Part shown: positions 56,265 through 64,000 of the stretch, piece after piece
Position numbering within the stretch: the stretch's first letter is position 1
Layout of the letters: every line of letters begins with the position of its first letter
From: Candidatus Dormiibacterota bacterium
GTDB lineage: Bacteria; Chloroflexota; Dormibacteria; Aeolococcales; Aeolococcaceae
Assembly (NCBI GenBank): GCA_019245575.1
Contig: JAFARE010000013.1
Location: forward strand, 10,580-74,579
Length of the DNA stretch: 64,000 nucleotides
Direction: 5' to 3'
The notes under the pieces: generated by a model
What the model saw: only the letters and a program-made list of their open reading frames with translations
What the model was told of the DNA's origin: nothing
Database searches by the model: none
Program-made: the position numbers and the translations under genes

Positions 56265-56741
56265 CTAGGGCGCGGGGAGCGGAGCGCGCAGCCGGCGGGG
56301 GAGGAATGCGGCGCCGGGGCCGCGCGCCGCAGCCGCGTCTCCCGGGTTCGACACCTTGCAGCGGCGCAGGGAGAGGCAGCCGCACCCGATGCACGAGTCG
56401 AGCCCGTCACGCAGCGCGACCAGCGCAGCAATCTCGTCGTTGAGTCGCCGCCGCCACGACCTGGAGATCTCCGTCCAGTCGGCGCGCGTCGGCGTGGCAT
56501 GCGGCGGGAGCCGCTCCAGCGCGTCGCGCACCTCGTCGAGCGTGAGGCCGACGTGGCGAGCCGCACGGATGAAGGCGAGGCGTCGCAGGACCGCGCGGGG
56601 ATAGCGACGGCGCCCACCGCCGCTGCGTTCAGCGGCGATCAGGCCGAGCCGCTCGTAGTAGCGCAGCGCCGAGGATGCGAACCCACTCCGGCGGGAGACG
56701 TCGGTGATGGTGAGTGTGGCCAGCGGAGATGTGACGGCCAT
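56265..56741 (-). CDS. soxR: Redox-sensitive transcriptional activator SoxR
   Basis: MerR HTH (SALRYYE); [2Fe-2S] motif CIGCGCLSLRRC. Confidence 0.95.
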   Translation of the reverse strand: MAVTSPLATLTITDVSRRSGFASSALRYYERLGLIAAERSGGGRRRYPRAVLRRLAFIRAARHVGLTLDEVRDALERLPPHATPTRADWTEISRSWRRRLNDEIAALVALRDGLDSCIGCGCLSLRRCKVSNPGDAAAARGPGAAFLPRRLRAPLPAP

Positions 56742-56771
56742 TGACTTGAAGTTTACTTCAACTTCTACACT
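56741..56771 (+). promoter_or_regulatory. SoxR-type promoter with 19-bp spacer and SoxR box
   Basis: TTGACT-N19-TACACT; dyad TTGAAGT-TT-ACTTCAA (56746-56761) resembling CCTCAAGTTAACTTGAGG; ATG at 56779. Confidence 0.85.
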
Positions 56772-56778
56772 GGCACGC

Positions 56779-57474
56779 ATGAGCGTTGCCCTCATCACCG
56801 GCGGTTCGCGGGGCCTCGGCCGCGCGCTGACTCTCGCGCTGGCGGGACGGGGATGGTCGGTCATCGTCGACGGGCGTGACCGGCAGGCCCTCGACGCGGT
56901 GGCCGCGCAGCTGCCGGACGCCGTCAGCGCTGTGCGCGGCGACGTTGCCGACGCAGACCACCGCGAGGCGCTGGTGCGCGCGGTGCAAGAGCGCGGCGCC
57001 ATCGACCTTCTGGTCAACAACGCGAGCGAGCTCGGCGCCAGCCCGCTGCCGCAGCTGGATGCCATGCCGCTTGCGGTGCTCCAGCGCGTGCTCAGCGTCA
57101 ACGTCCTCGCGCCGATGTCGCTGACGCAGCAGCTGCTGCCGCTGATGCGAGACGGCGCGGCGGTGGTCAACATCAGCTCCGATGCCTCCGTGGAGGCGTA
57201 CGCCGGATGGGGCGGCTACGGCGCCTCGAAGGCGGCGCTGGACCAGCTCACCGCGGTCTTCGCCGCCGAGCACCCCGAGCTCCGCTGGTACGCGTTCGAC
57301 CCCGGTGACATGCGCACGGCGATGCACCAGGCCGCGTATCCCGGCGAGGACATCAGCGACCGTCCCGAACCCGAGACCGTGGTGCCGGCGCTCCTCCGGT
57401 TGCTCGACGAACGTCCGCCGAGCGGGCGCTACCGCAAGGAGCAGCTGCTCGCGCCGGCGAGCACGACTCAATGA
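56779..57474 (+). CDS. Short-chain dehydrogenase/reductase (SDR)
   Basis: TGGSRGLG, NNAS, NISS, YGASK, DPG. Confidence 0.92.
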   Translation: MSVALITGGSRGLGRALTLALAGRGWSVIVDGRDRQALDAVAAQLPDAVSAVRGDVADADHREALVRAVQERGAIDLLVNNASELGASPLPQLDAMPLAVLQRVLSVNVLAPMSLTQQLLPLMRDGAAVVNISSDASVEAYAGWGGYGASKAALDQLTAVFAAEHPELRWYAFDPGDMRTAMHQAAYPGEDISDRPEPETVVPALLRLLDERPPSGRYRKEQLLAPASTTQ

Positions 57475-58529
57475 GCACGCAGGCAGAGCCGCGCGTGAAC
57501 CCGATGTTCGTCGTGCCGGAGGACTTGATCGCCACGGCGCCGGCGGAATATCGCGGCCGGGGACGCGACGACGTCAGGCTGATGGTGGCGAGCCCCGCGG
57601 GCGTGCGTCATCTGCGCTTCGACGCCATCGTCGACGTGCTGCACGCCGGCGACCTCCTCGTGGTGAACACGTCGGCCACGCTGCCCGCCGCGGTGGACGG
57701 CATCCGCGCGGACGGGCGCAGCGTGGTCGTGGACTTCGGCGGCGTGCTGGAGACCGGCCGCTGGATCGTCGAGCTGCGCCGACCTGACGGCGGCGGCCCG
57801 CTGCTCGACGCACGGGCCGGGGAGCGCATCGCCCTGCACGACGGCGCTTCGATCACTCTGACGGGCCCGCACGGGGAGAGCCGCGGGCGCCTCTGGGAAG
57901 CGGACGTCGCGCTGCCGCCGGGCGGCGTCGAGCCATGGCTGCGCGAGCATGGACGGCCGATCACGTACGGGCACGTGGCGCGCCGCTGGCCGCTCGAGGC
58001 CTACCAGTCCGTGTTCGCCAGGGTGCCGGGCAGCGCCGAGATGCCGAGCGCCGCGCGCCCGTTCACGCCGCGCCTCGTGCTCGACCTGGTGGCCCGCGGG
58101 GTCACCGTCGCGCCGGTGCTCCTGCACGCGGGCGTGTCCTCGACCGAGGCCGGCGAGGCGCCGCCGGCCGAGCGCTTCGAGGTTCCCCAGGCCACCGCGG
58201 CCCTGGTCAATTCGGCGCTGGGGGCGGGGCGGCGGATCGTGGCGGCGGGGACCACGGTGGTCAGAGCGCTCGAGACGGTGGCCGGCGACGACGGACGGGT
58301 GAGCCCCGGCCGTGGCTGGACCACCCTCGTGCTGTCGCCTGACCGGCCCGCCCGGGCGGTGGACACGCTCCTGACCGGCTGGCATGACCCCAACTCCTCG
58401 CATCTGCTGCTGCTCGAGGCGGTGGCCGGCGCGACGGTGGTCCGCCAGGCGTACGCCGCGGCACTCGACCAGGGCTATCGCTGGCACGAGTTCGGCGACA
58501 GCGGCCTCCTCAGCCGGCGCCCCCTCTGA
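57471..58529 (+). CDS. QueA-like SAM:tRNA ribosyltransferase-isomerase family protein
   Basis: GDLLVVN, YQSVFA..PGSAEMPSAARPF, LHAG, GTTVVRALE, YRWHEFGD. Confidence 0.85.
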   Translation: MSTQAEPRVNPMFVVPEDLIATAPAEYRGRGRDDVRLMVASPAGVRHLRFDAIVDVLHAGDLLVVNTSATLPAAVDGIRADGRSVVVDFGGVLETGRWIVELRRPDGGGPLLDARAGERIALHDGASITLTGPHGESRGRLWEADVALPPGGVEPWLREHGRPITYGHVARRWPLEAYQSVFARVPGSAEMPSAARPFTPRLVLDLVARGVTVAPVLLHAGVSSTEAGEAPPAERFEVPQATAALVNSALGAGRRIVAAGTTVVRALETVAGDDGRVSPGRGWTTLVLSPDRPARAVDTLLTGWHDPNSSHLLLLEAVAGATVVRQAYAAALDQGYRWHEFGDSGLLSRRPL

Positions 58530-58579
58530 GCGCCAGGGAGGGGGCGGCCGGAGATTCTTCGCGTGGGCGCGACCGATCC

Positions 58580-61105
58580 GTGATCGGGCTGCGTCAGCCG
58601 CGCCCACACACTGCCTTGGTGGGGTCCCGGGACCGTGACGCACGACTCGATCTGCTGACGCGGCTGGGGCAGCGCCTGCCCGAGATGGCCGATCCTGAGG
58701 CCGCCGCGTCGGAGGTGGCCCAGGCCCTGACCGCGCTCCGCGTCTACGCGGCGGTGAGCGCCATCCAGGGAGACACCGCCGTGGTGCTGGCGGTGACGGT
58801 CCCCGAGAACGTCGACGACCCCGGCGCCGCCTCGGCAGGCTCGCTGGTGGGCATGCGCGTGCCCGTCGAGGGCATCGAGGCCATGCGCCAGACGGTGCGG
58901 CTGCGCAGGCCGTATGCCGGAGCGGCCGGCGCCACCGAAACCCTGCGCCGCATCTCCCGCGACTCCGCGCTGCGGGACGCCCTGCCCCGGGCGGAGGACG
59001 AGGGGCTCGTGGTGTCGGTGCCGGTAATCTCCCGGGGCAGCGTGGTGGCCACGCTGGCCGTCTGGGGGCCCGGGGCTCGGCCGGAGCTCGCGCCCACGCT
59101 CGAGGCCGCCGCCGCCATGCTGGCGCCCGTCTGGGCGGCGCAGCGCGAGCCCGCGGCGCAGCGCTTCAACGCCACGCCCTTCATGCCCGTGCCGGAAGAG
59201 GTGCGGGCGAGCATCGACTCGCTGCTGGGCAGCTCGGGCATCGCCGCGGCGCTGCAGCCGATCGCGCGGCTTCACGACGGATCGGTCATCGGCTACGAAG
59301 CGCTGGCGCGCTACGCGCCACGTCCCTATCTCTCGAACCCGGACGAGCTCTTCGCACTGGCGTCATCGCTCTCGGTGCAGGCGGACGTCGACCTCGCCTG
59401 CCTGCGCGCGGCGGTCCGCGCCGCCGGATGCATCGGCGCCGCCGACCTGTTCGTCAACGTGCTCACCGGCACCGTGCTCGACGCGCGCGGCATGGCGGAG
59501 CTCATCGCCGCGGTGCGCGACGCGCATCTCGACCCGCGGTCGGTGGTGCTCGAGTTCAGCGAGCGCGAGCCGGTGGAGGACCTCGCGCAGCTGCAGCGCG
59601 CGGCGGCGCAGCTCCGCGCTGAGGGGTTCCGCATCGCCGTCGACGACGCGGGCGCGGGACACGCGAGCATGCGCATCATCGCCGAGCTGCGGCCGGAGTT
59701 CATCAAGGTCGATCGCTCGCTCATCCGCTCCGTCGAGTCGGACGGCGCGCGCCGCGCGCTGGTGGTGGCGCTGCTGTCCTTCAGCGGCCACATCGGCGCG
59801 CGCGTCATCGCCGAGGGCATCGAGACACACCGGGAGCAGGAGACGCTGCTGTCGCTCGGCGTGCAGTTCGGGCAGGGATGGTTCGTGGGCCGGCCCGTGC
59901 TCACCGCGCCGCTGGAGGGACACCCGTCGACAGAGGTTGTTGACGAGACGTGGTTCAGCAGGCGTTCAGTCGCCTCGACGCGCACGGCGCCGCCTGCGCC
60001 CGCACCGGTTGCGGAGGTGCCCAAGACCTCGGCGCCGTCGCGGCGTCGCAGCCTGGCGCGCGCGCTGAGTGATGCGGCGAGCGCGCTGCAGAGCGAGCAC
60101 GATCCCCTGCGCATCCTCGGCGTCATGGCCGAGCACATGGGCCGCGTCGTGCCGGTCTCGGAGATGGCGATCTTCGTCGCCGACTACGAGACGCATCGCT
60201 TCGTACCCGTGCTCGCCGTGGGTGAGGACCGCGACGAGATACTGGCCAACGGGTTCTCGCTGGACGCTGGCCTGACCGGCTGGGCATTCGCCGGCGGGAA
60301 GCCGCAGCGGATCGCCGACAGCAGCAAGCATCCGAATGCGATCCAGGTCCCGGGCACGCAGATCGTCGAGGAATCCCTGCTGCTGGTGCCGCTGGTGGCG
60401 GGGGAGCACAAGCTCGGCATCATCAACTGCTGGCGCCTGGGCACTGCGCAGTTCAGCGACCGCGACCTCGAGGCTGCATCGCTCTTCGCGCACGTGGCAG
60501 CGTCGGCGTGGCGCAACGCGCAGCTGTACGCGGAGCTGGTCAACGCCGCGATGACGGACCCGCTCACGCACCTGTACAACAGCCGGTGGCTGCGCGACGC
60601 GGGTGACCGCGACCTCATGCGCGCCGCGCGCGAGGGCAAGTCGGTGTCGCTGCTGCTGGTGGACCTCGACCACTTCAAGACGGTCAACGACAACGCCGGC
60701 CACGCCGCGGGTGACCTGATGCTCCAGCGCGTGGCCAACCGGCTGCGCACGGTGGTGCGCGGGTCGGACGCGGTGGTGCGCTTGGGTGGAGAGGAGTTCG
60801 TGGTGCTCCTGCACGACTGCGACGCTGACGCCGCAACCAGGGTTGGCGAGACGGTGCGGAACACGGTGCGCGATGTGCCCGTGCCGGCCGCGTGCGCGCT
60901 GGAGGAGCTCACGGCGTCGATCGGCGTGGCCGCCTATCCCGACCACGGCGACGAGCTCGAGGTCCTGCTTGCCGCGGCGGACCGTGCCATGTACGCCGCC
61001 AAGGCGAGCGGCCGCGACCGCATCCAGGTTGCGGTGCGCGACGGTGAGCGGAGCGCGATGGTCCGTCTGGACCGGCAGCGCGCATCACGCCGCCGCGCGT
61101 CCTGA
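58580..61105 (+). CDS. EAL-GAF-GGDEF protein with possible N-terminal GAF-like region
   Basis: YEALAR, DDAGAG, IKVD, AEGIE; GAF; TDPLT, RGSD I-site, GGEEF. Confidence 0.9.
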   Translation: MIGLRQPRPHTALVGSRDRDARLDLLTRLGQRLPEMADPEAAASEVAQALTALRVYAAVSAIQGDTAVVLAVTVPENVDDPGAASAGSLVGMRVPVEGIEAMRQTVRLRRPYAGAAGATETLRRISRDSALRDALPRAEDEGLVVSVPVISRGSVVATLAVWGPGARPELAPTLEAAAAMLAPVWAAQREPAAQRFNATPFMPVPEEVRASIDSLLGSSGIAAALQPIARLHDGSVIGYEALARYAPRPYLSNPDELFALASSLSVQADVDLACLRAAVRAAGCIGAADLFVNVLTGTVLDARGMAELIAAVRDAHLDPRSVVLEFSEREPVEDLAQLQRAAAQLRAEGFRIAVDDAGAGHASMRIIAELRPEFIKVDRSLIRSVESDGARRALVVALLSFSGHIGARVIAEGIETHREQETLLSLGVQFGQGWFVGRPVLTAPLEGHPSTEVVDETWFSRRSVASTRTAPPAPAPVAEVPKTSAPSRRRSLARALSDAASALQSEHDPLRILGVMAEHMGRVVPVSEMAIFVADYETHRFVPVLAVGEDRDEILANGFSLDAGLTGWAFAGGKPQRIADSSKHPNAIQVPGTQIVEESLLLVPLVAGEHKLGIINCWRLGTAQFSDRDLEAASLFAHVAASAWRNAQLYAELVNAAMTDPLTHLYNSRWLRDAGDRDLMRAAREGKSVSLLLVDLDHFKTVNDNAGHAAGDLMLQRVANRLRTVVRGSDAVVRLGGEEFVVLLHDCDADAATRVGETVRNTVRDVPVPAACALEELTASIGVAAYPDHGDELEVLLAAADRAMYAAKASGRDRIQVAVRDGERSAMVRLDRQRASRRRAS

Positions 61106-61145
61106 CGTAGCTCGCCCGCAGCAGAACCTCGCATACTCGACCGGC

Positions 61146-61712
61146 ATGCTGCCGCCGTCGTATGTGAGCTTCTTCTCCGTCAGCACCCAGGTGAGCGCGG
61201 CGCTGATCGGCCTGCTCTTCGTGTCGGTATCGATCGAGGCGGAGAGCGTGTTCGGGGAGCGCGCCACGCTGCGGCGCCAGCTGACCGCGCTCAGCGCATT
61301 CACCGCGCTGGTGAACACGTTCTTCCTGTCGCTGACGAGCATCATCCCGAGCTCCTCGCCCGGTCCTGCCGCAGTCGCGCTCGGCGTGCTCGCGGTCAAC
61401 GGGACGGCCGCTGACGCGCTGACCGCGCTGCGCCTGCGCAAGCAGGAACGCCGGACCGTCACGCTGCTGCTGATCGTCATCAGCATGGCGCTGTACGCAT
61501 ACGAGACAGCGCTCGGCGTCAAGCTGATCCTGCACCCGCACGACATCGGCACCGTCGACGACCTGCTCACCGTCGTCATCGCCGCGTACGCGATCGGCCT
61601 TTCACGCGCGTGGCAGCTGCTGGGCGGCCGGCGTGGCCACAGCCTGCTGCGTCAGATTCGCGCCGCGCTCCGCGGGCGCACCGCGCCCGGCGACGACGAC
61701 GGCGCGACGTAG
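61146..61712 (+). CDS. Membrane protein
   Basis: SAALIGLLFVSVSI; about 5 TM helices; RAWQLLG. Confidence 0.78.
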   Translation: MLPPSYVSFFSVSTQVSAALIGLLFVSVSIEAESVFGERATLRRQLTALSAFTALVNTFFLSLTSIIPSSSPGPAAVALGVLAVNGTAADALTALRLRKQERRTVTLLLIVISMALYAYETALGVKLILHPHDIGTVDDLLTVVIAAYAIGLSRAWQLLGGRRGHSLLRQIRAALRGRTAPGDDDGAT

Positions 61713-61715
61713 CCG

Positions 61716-62375
61716 CTAGGCGATGAGCCCGTGCTGGTACGCGTACCGCACGGCCTGCGCCCGGTCGCGCACCTCCGTCTTGCTGAAGATGCTGTTCACG
61801 TGCGACTTCACCGTGGCCTCGCTGATGAACAGGCGTTGCGCGATCTCCTGATTGGACAGACCGTCTGCGATGAGCACGAGCACCTCGGCCTCGCGAACGG
61901 TGAGGCCGTGCGGGTGCTGCGGCTTGGGCTGCGGCGCAAGACCACCGCCAGCGCGCGCGTTCTCCAGCAGGCGGCGCTGCACCGTCGGGTCGAAGAGCAC
62001 CTCGCCGGCGCGCACCGCGTGTATCGCGCGGGCGATCTCCTCAGCGCCGGCGTCCTTCGTGAGGTATCCGCTGGCGCCCGCGTCGAGTGCCGCGAAGACC
62101 GACTCGTCGTCCGCGTACGTGGTGAGCACCACAACGCGCGCCGTGGGCACCGCCGCAAGCACGCGGCGTGTCGCCTCGACCCCGTCGACGCGCGGCATGC
62201 GCAGGTCCATCAGGACGACGTCGGGACGCACGCGCTCGGTGACCGTCAGCGCTTCCTCGCCGTCCGCGGCGGTGCCCACCACCTCGACGCCGGGGATCAG
62301 CTGCAGCATGGTGACCAGCCCTTCGCGGAGCAAGCGCTGGTCGTCGGCGACGACGACGCGCGTGGCTGCACTCAT
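61716..62375 (-). CDS. NarL/LuxR family response regulator
   Basis: ADDQ, LMDLRMP, LTK; LTVREAEVL...TVKSHV HTH. Confidence 0.93.
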   Translation of the reverse strand: MSAATRVVVADDQRLLREGLVTMLQLIPGVEVVGTAADGEEALTVTERVRPDVVLMDLRMPRVDGVEATRRVLAAVPTARVVVLTTYADDESVFAALDAGASGYLTKDAGAEEIARAIHAVRAGEVLFDPTVQRRLLENARAGGGLAPQPKPQHPHGLTVREAEVLVLIADGLSNQEIAQRLFISEATVKSHVNSIFSKTEVRDRAQAVRYAYQHGLIA

Positions 62376-63565
62376 GCCGGAAGCCGCAGGTGCACGCGAA
62401 AGCCGGCGCCGGTCGGCGCCGCGTCCAGGCTGCCGCCCAGCAGCTCCGCGCGCTCGCGGATCCCCGCGAGTCCGAAGCCGCCGCCGGTCGACGCCAGTGC
62501 GCCCCCTGCCTCCGCTCCCGATGCAGCGCCGCGGTCCTCGACCACGAGGTCGACCTCGCGTTCGCGCCAGGCGAGGTGGAGAAGCACCGTGTTCGCCGCG
62601 GAGTGCTTGCGGACGTTGGTGAGCGCCTCCTGCGCCGCGCGGTAGAGGGCGAGCCGCGCCTCGGGCGCGAGCGGCCGGGATTCGCCGTCGACCTCGAGGC
62701 GGCAGGGAGGGCCGCCCTCCGCCTCGAACTCCGCGGCCAGCGCCGCCAGCTGCTCGGGACCCGGCATGGTGTCGCCCCGCAGGGCTCGCACCGCCTGCCG
62801 TGCCTCGTCGAGCCCGGAGCGGGCGAGCCGCTGAGCCCGCTCCACCTGGACGACCGCGGCGCCGTCCGCGCGCTCCCGGGACAGCAGCAGGCGCGCGCCT
62901 TCGAGCTGCACGGTCAGCCCAGTGAGCGAGTGCGCGAGGACATCGTGGATCTCGCGGGCGAGGCGCGCGCGCTCCTGCAGCGCCGCAGCCTGGGCGCGCG
63001 CCTCCTGCGCTTCACGCAGCTCACGCAGCAGCCGCTGCTGCTCGCGCGCGAACGTCGCCGTGGCGAAGACGAAGAACATGCCGAGGTCGATCGACGCGAT
63101 GGCGGCGGGCTGCGGCGCGGCCCGCGCCAGCACGAGTGCCAGCGTCAGCGCAACGAGGAGGGCCAGCCCACACGTCACCGCGATGGCGCCACCGATGCGC
63201 AGCGCCAGCGCGCCCACCGCGATGAAGGCGCCGACATAGCCGGGTGAGTTGGGGTCGAAGCCCGCCAGCGTCGCCGCGGCGAGACCGAGCACGAGCGCGG
63301 ACGCGACGACCGGCCACGGTGTCGCCGGATCGGCCGCGGCGAGGTACAGGCCGGCGAGCAGCGCGGCCGCCATGGCCAGCGACACGCCGAGCGCGGCCCC
63401 GGACGCTCCGGGACGCGGCGTGCCGAAACCGGCCCCCGCGACGCTCGCCGCCACGGCGGTCGCCGCAACCGCGCGCGTGACCGGCCCCAGGCGCGAGTCC
63501 AACCCCGGCCACGCGCCGCCGCTCGGACTTCGAGTCAGGCGGCGCACCAGCCAGAGAGCGATCAT
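62372..63565 (-). CDS. Membrane sensor histidine kinase (HisKA_3)
   Basis: ERARLAREIHDVLAHSL, EALTNVRKH, GFGLAGIRER; start approximate. Confidence 0.9.
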   Translation of the reverse strand: MIALWLVRRLTRSPSGGAWPGLDSRLGPVTRAVAATAVAASVAGAGFGTPRPGASGAALGVSLAMAAALLAGLYLAAADPATPWPVVASALVLGLAAATLAGFDPNSPGYVGAFIAVGALALRIGGAIAVTCGLALLVALTLALVLARAAPQPAAIASIDLGMFFVFATATFAREQQRLLRELREAQEARAQAAALQERARLAREIHDVLAHSLTGLTVQLEGARLLLSRERADGAAVVQVERAQRLARSGLDEARQAVRALRGDTMPGPEQLAALAAEFEAEGGPPCRLEVDGESRPLAPEARLALYRAAQEALTNVRKHSAANTVLLHLAWREREVDLVVEDRGAASGAEAGGALASTGGGFGLAGIRERAELLGGSLDAAPTGAGFRVHLRLPA

Positions 63566-63583
63566 CGGGGCCCGAGCAGGATA

Positions 63584-63599
63584 TCCACCTGCGGGTGGA
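63584..63599. promoter_or_regulatory. Palindromic site, candidate NarL-type regulator binding site
   Basis: TCCACC-TGCG-GGTGGA between the kinase and the divergent gene; extra TCCACC half-site near 63618. Confidence 0.55.
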
Positions 63600-63708
63600 G
63601 GCACAGGAGCCGAAACTTCCACCGCCGCGCCGATGTTCGCGCCGCCGGCCACACATAGCCTTGACCTCACCGCCGCGTCCGGCCCGCGGCACACGAGGAG
63701 CAACGGCG

Positions 63709-64000
63709 ATGAACCTGACGGAGTGGATCCTGAACTTCGGAATCCTTGCTGTGATGCTGAGCCAGTTCGGCGAGCACACGGCAACGCGGCGGCGGCTGGT
63801 GCTGCCGCTCGTCATCGTCGCGATCGTCGCGGTCAACTTTCTGCCCGGCACGCCGACCGTCGGCAACGACGTCGCATTCGAGGCGAGCGGCGTCGCCATC
63901 GGACTGCTGCTGGGCGCGCTTGCCGGCGCCGCGGTGCGCGTGCGCGTGGGCAGCGCGGGCCAGGTGACGCTGACCGCCGGCTGGGCTTACGCGGTGCTGT
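63709..64000 (+). CDS. Membrane protein (DUF1453-like), runs off right edge
   Basis: GAGGAG RBS; MNLTEWILNFGILAVMLSQFGEH...PTVGND...AGWAYAVL. Confidence 0.75.
   Translation, partial: MNLTEWILNFGILAVMLSQFGEHTATRRRLVLPLVIVAIVAVNFLPGTPTVGNDVAFEASGVAIGLLLGALAGAAVRVRVGSAGQVTLTAGWAYAVL

Noticed and set aside
1-64000. tRNA, rRNA, transposase, integrase, prophage or defence genes
   Set aside because: None recognised by eye; tRNAscan-SE, Infernal and HMM scans would be needed to exclude them formally

Overview
High-GC bacterial chromosomal window, densely coding with about 60 genes. Gene content and style resemble monoderm soil bacteria such as Ca. Dormibacterota or Actinobacteria-like lineages (inference only). 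I recognised no rRNA, tRNA, CRISPR array or mobile element. Contents include an ABC-F ATPase, an Orn/Lys/Arg decarboxylase, a glycogen-debranching/GH13 pair, an ArsR-SRPBCC-hydrolase operon, an ECF sigma/anti-sigma pair, a CopCD-centred copper operon with an ABC-2 exporter, several large secreted enzymes, three c-di-GMP enzymes (one behind a FIST/NosP sensor), a TrkA/APC potassium locus, PPK2, SoxR with a divergent SDR-QueA-like operon, and a NarL-type two-component system. Most notable: (1) an unannotated 48-aa ORF (30728-30874, minus strand) with a strong RBS, encoding four copies of DNFGWG with synonymous codon variation, a candidate multi-core peptide precursor; (2) a shared C-terminal signal P[AT]TSTP[ED]-transmembrane helix-RRRR on three unrelated secreted hydrolases, a candidate new protein-sorting signal; (3) a SoxR-box promoter driving an SDR plus QueA-like operon; (4) a divergent pair of paralogous small helical proteins at the left edge. 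Start codons were refined by eye and all functional calls come from motif recognition, not database searches.
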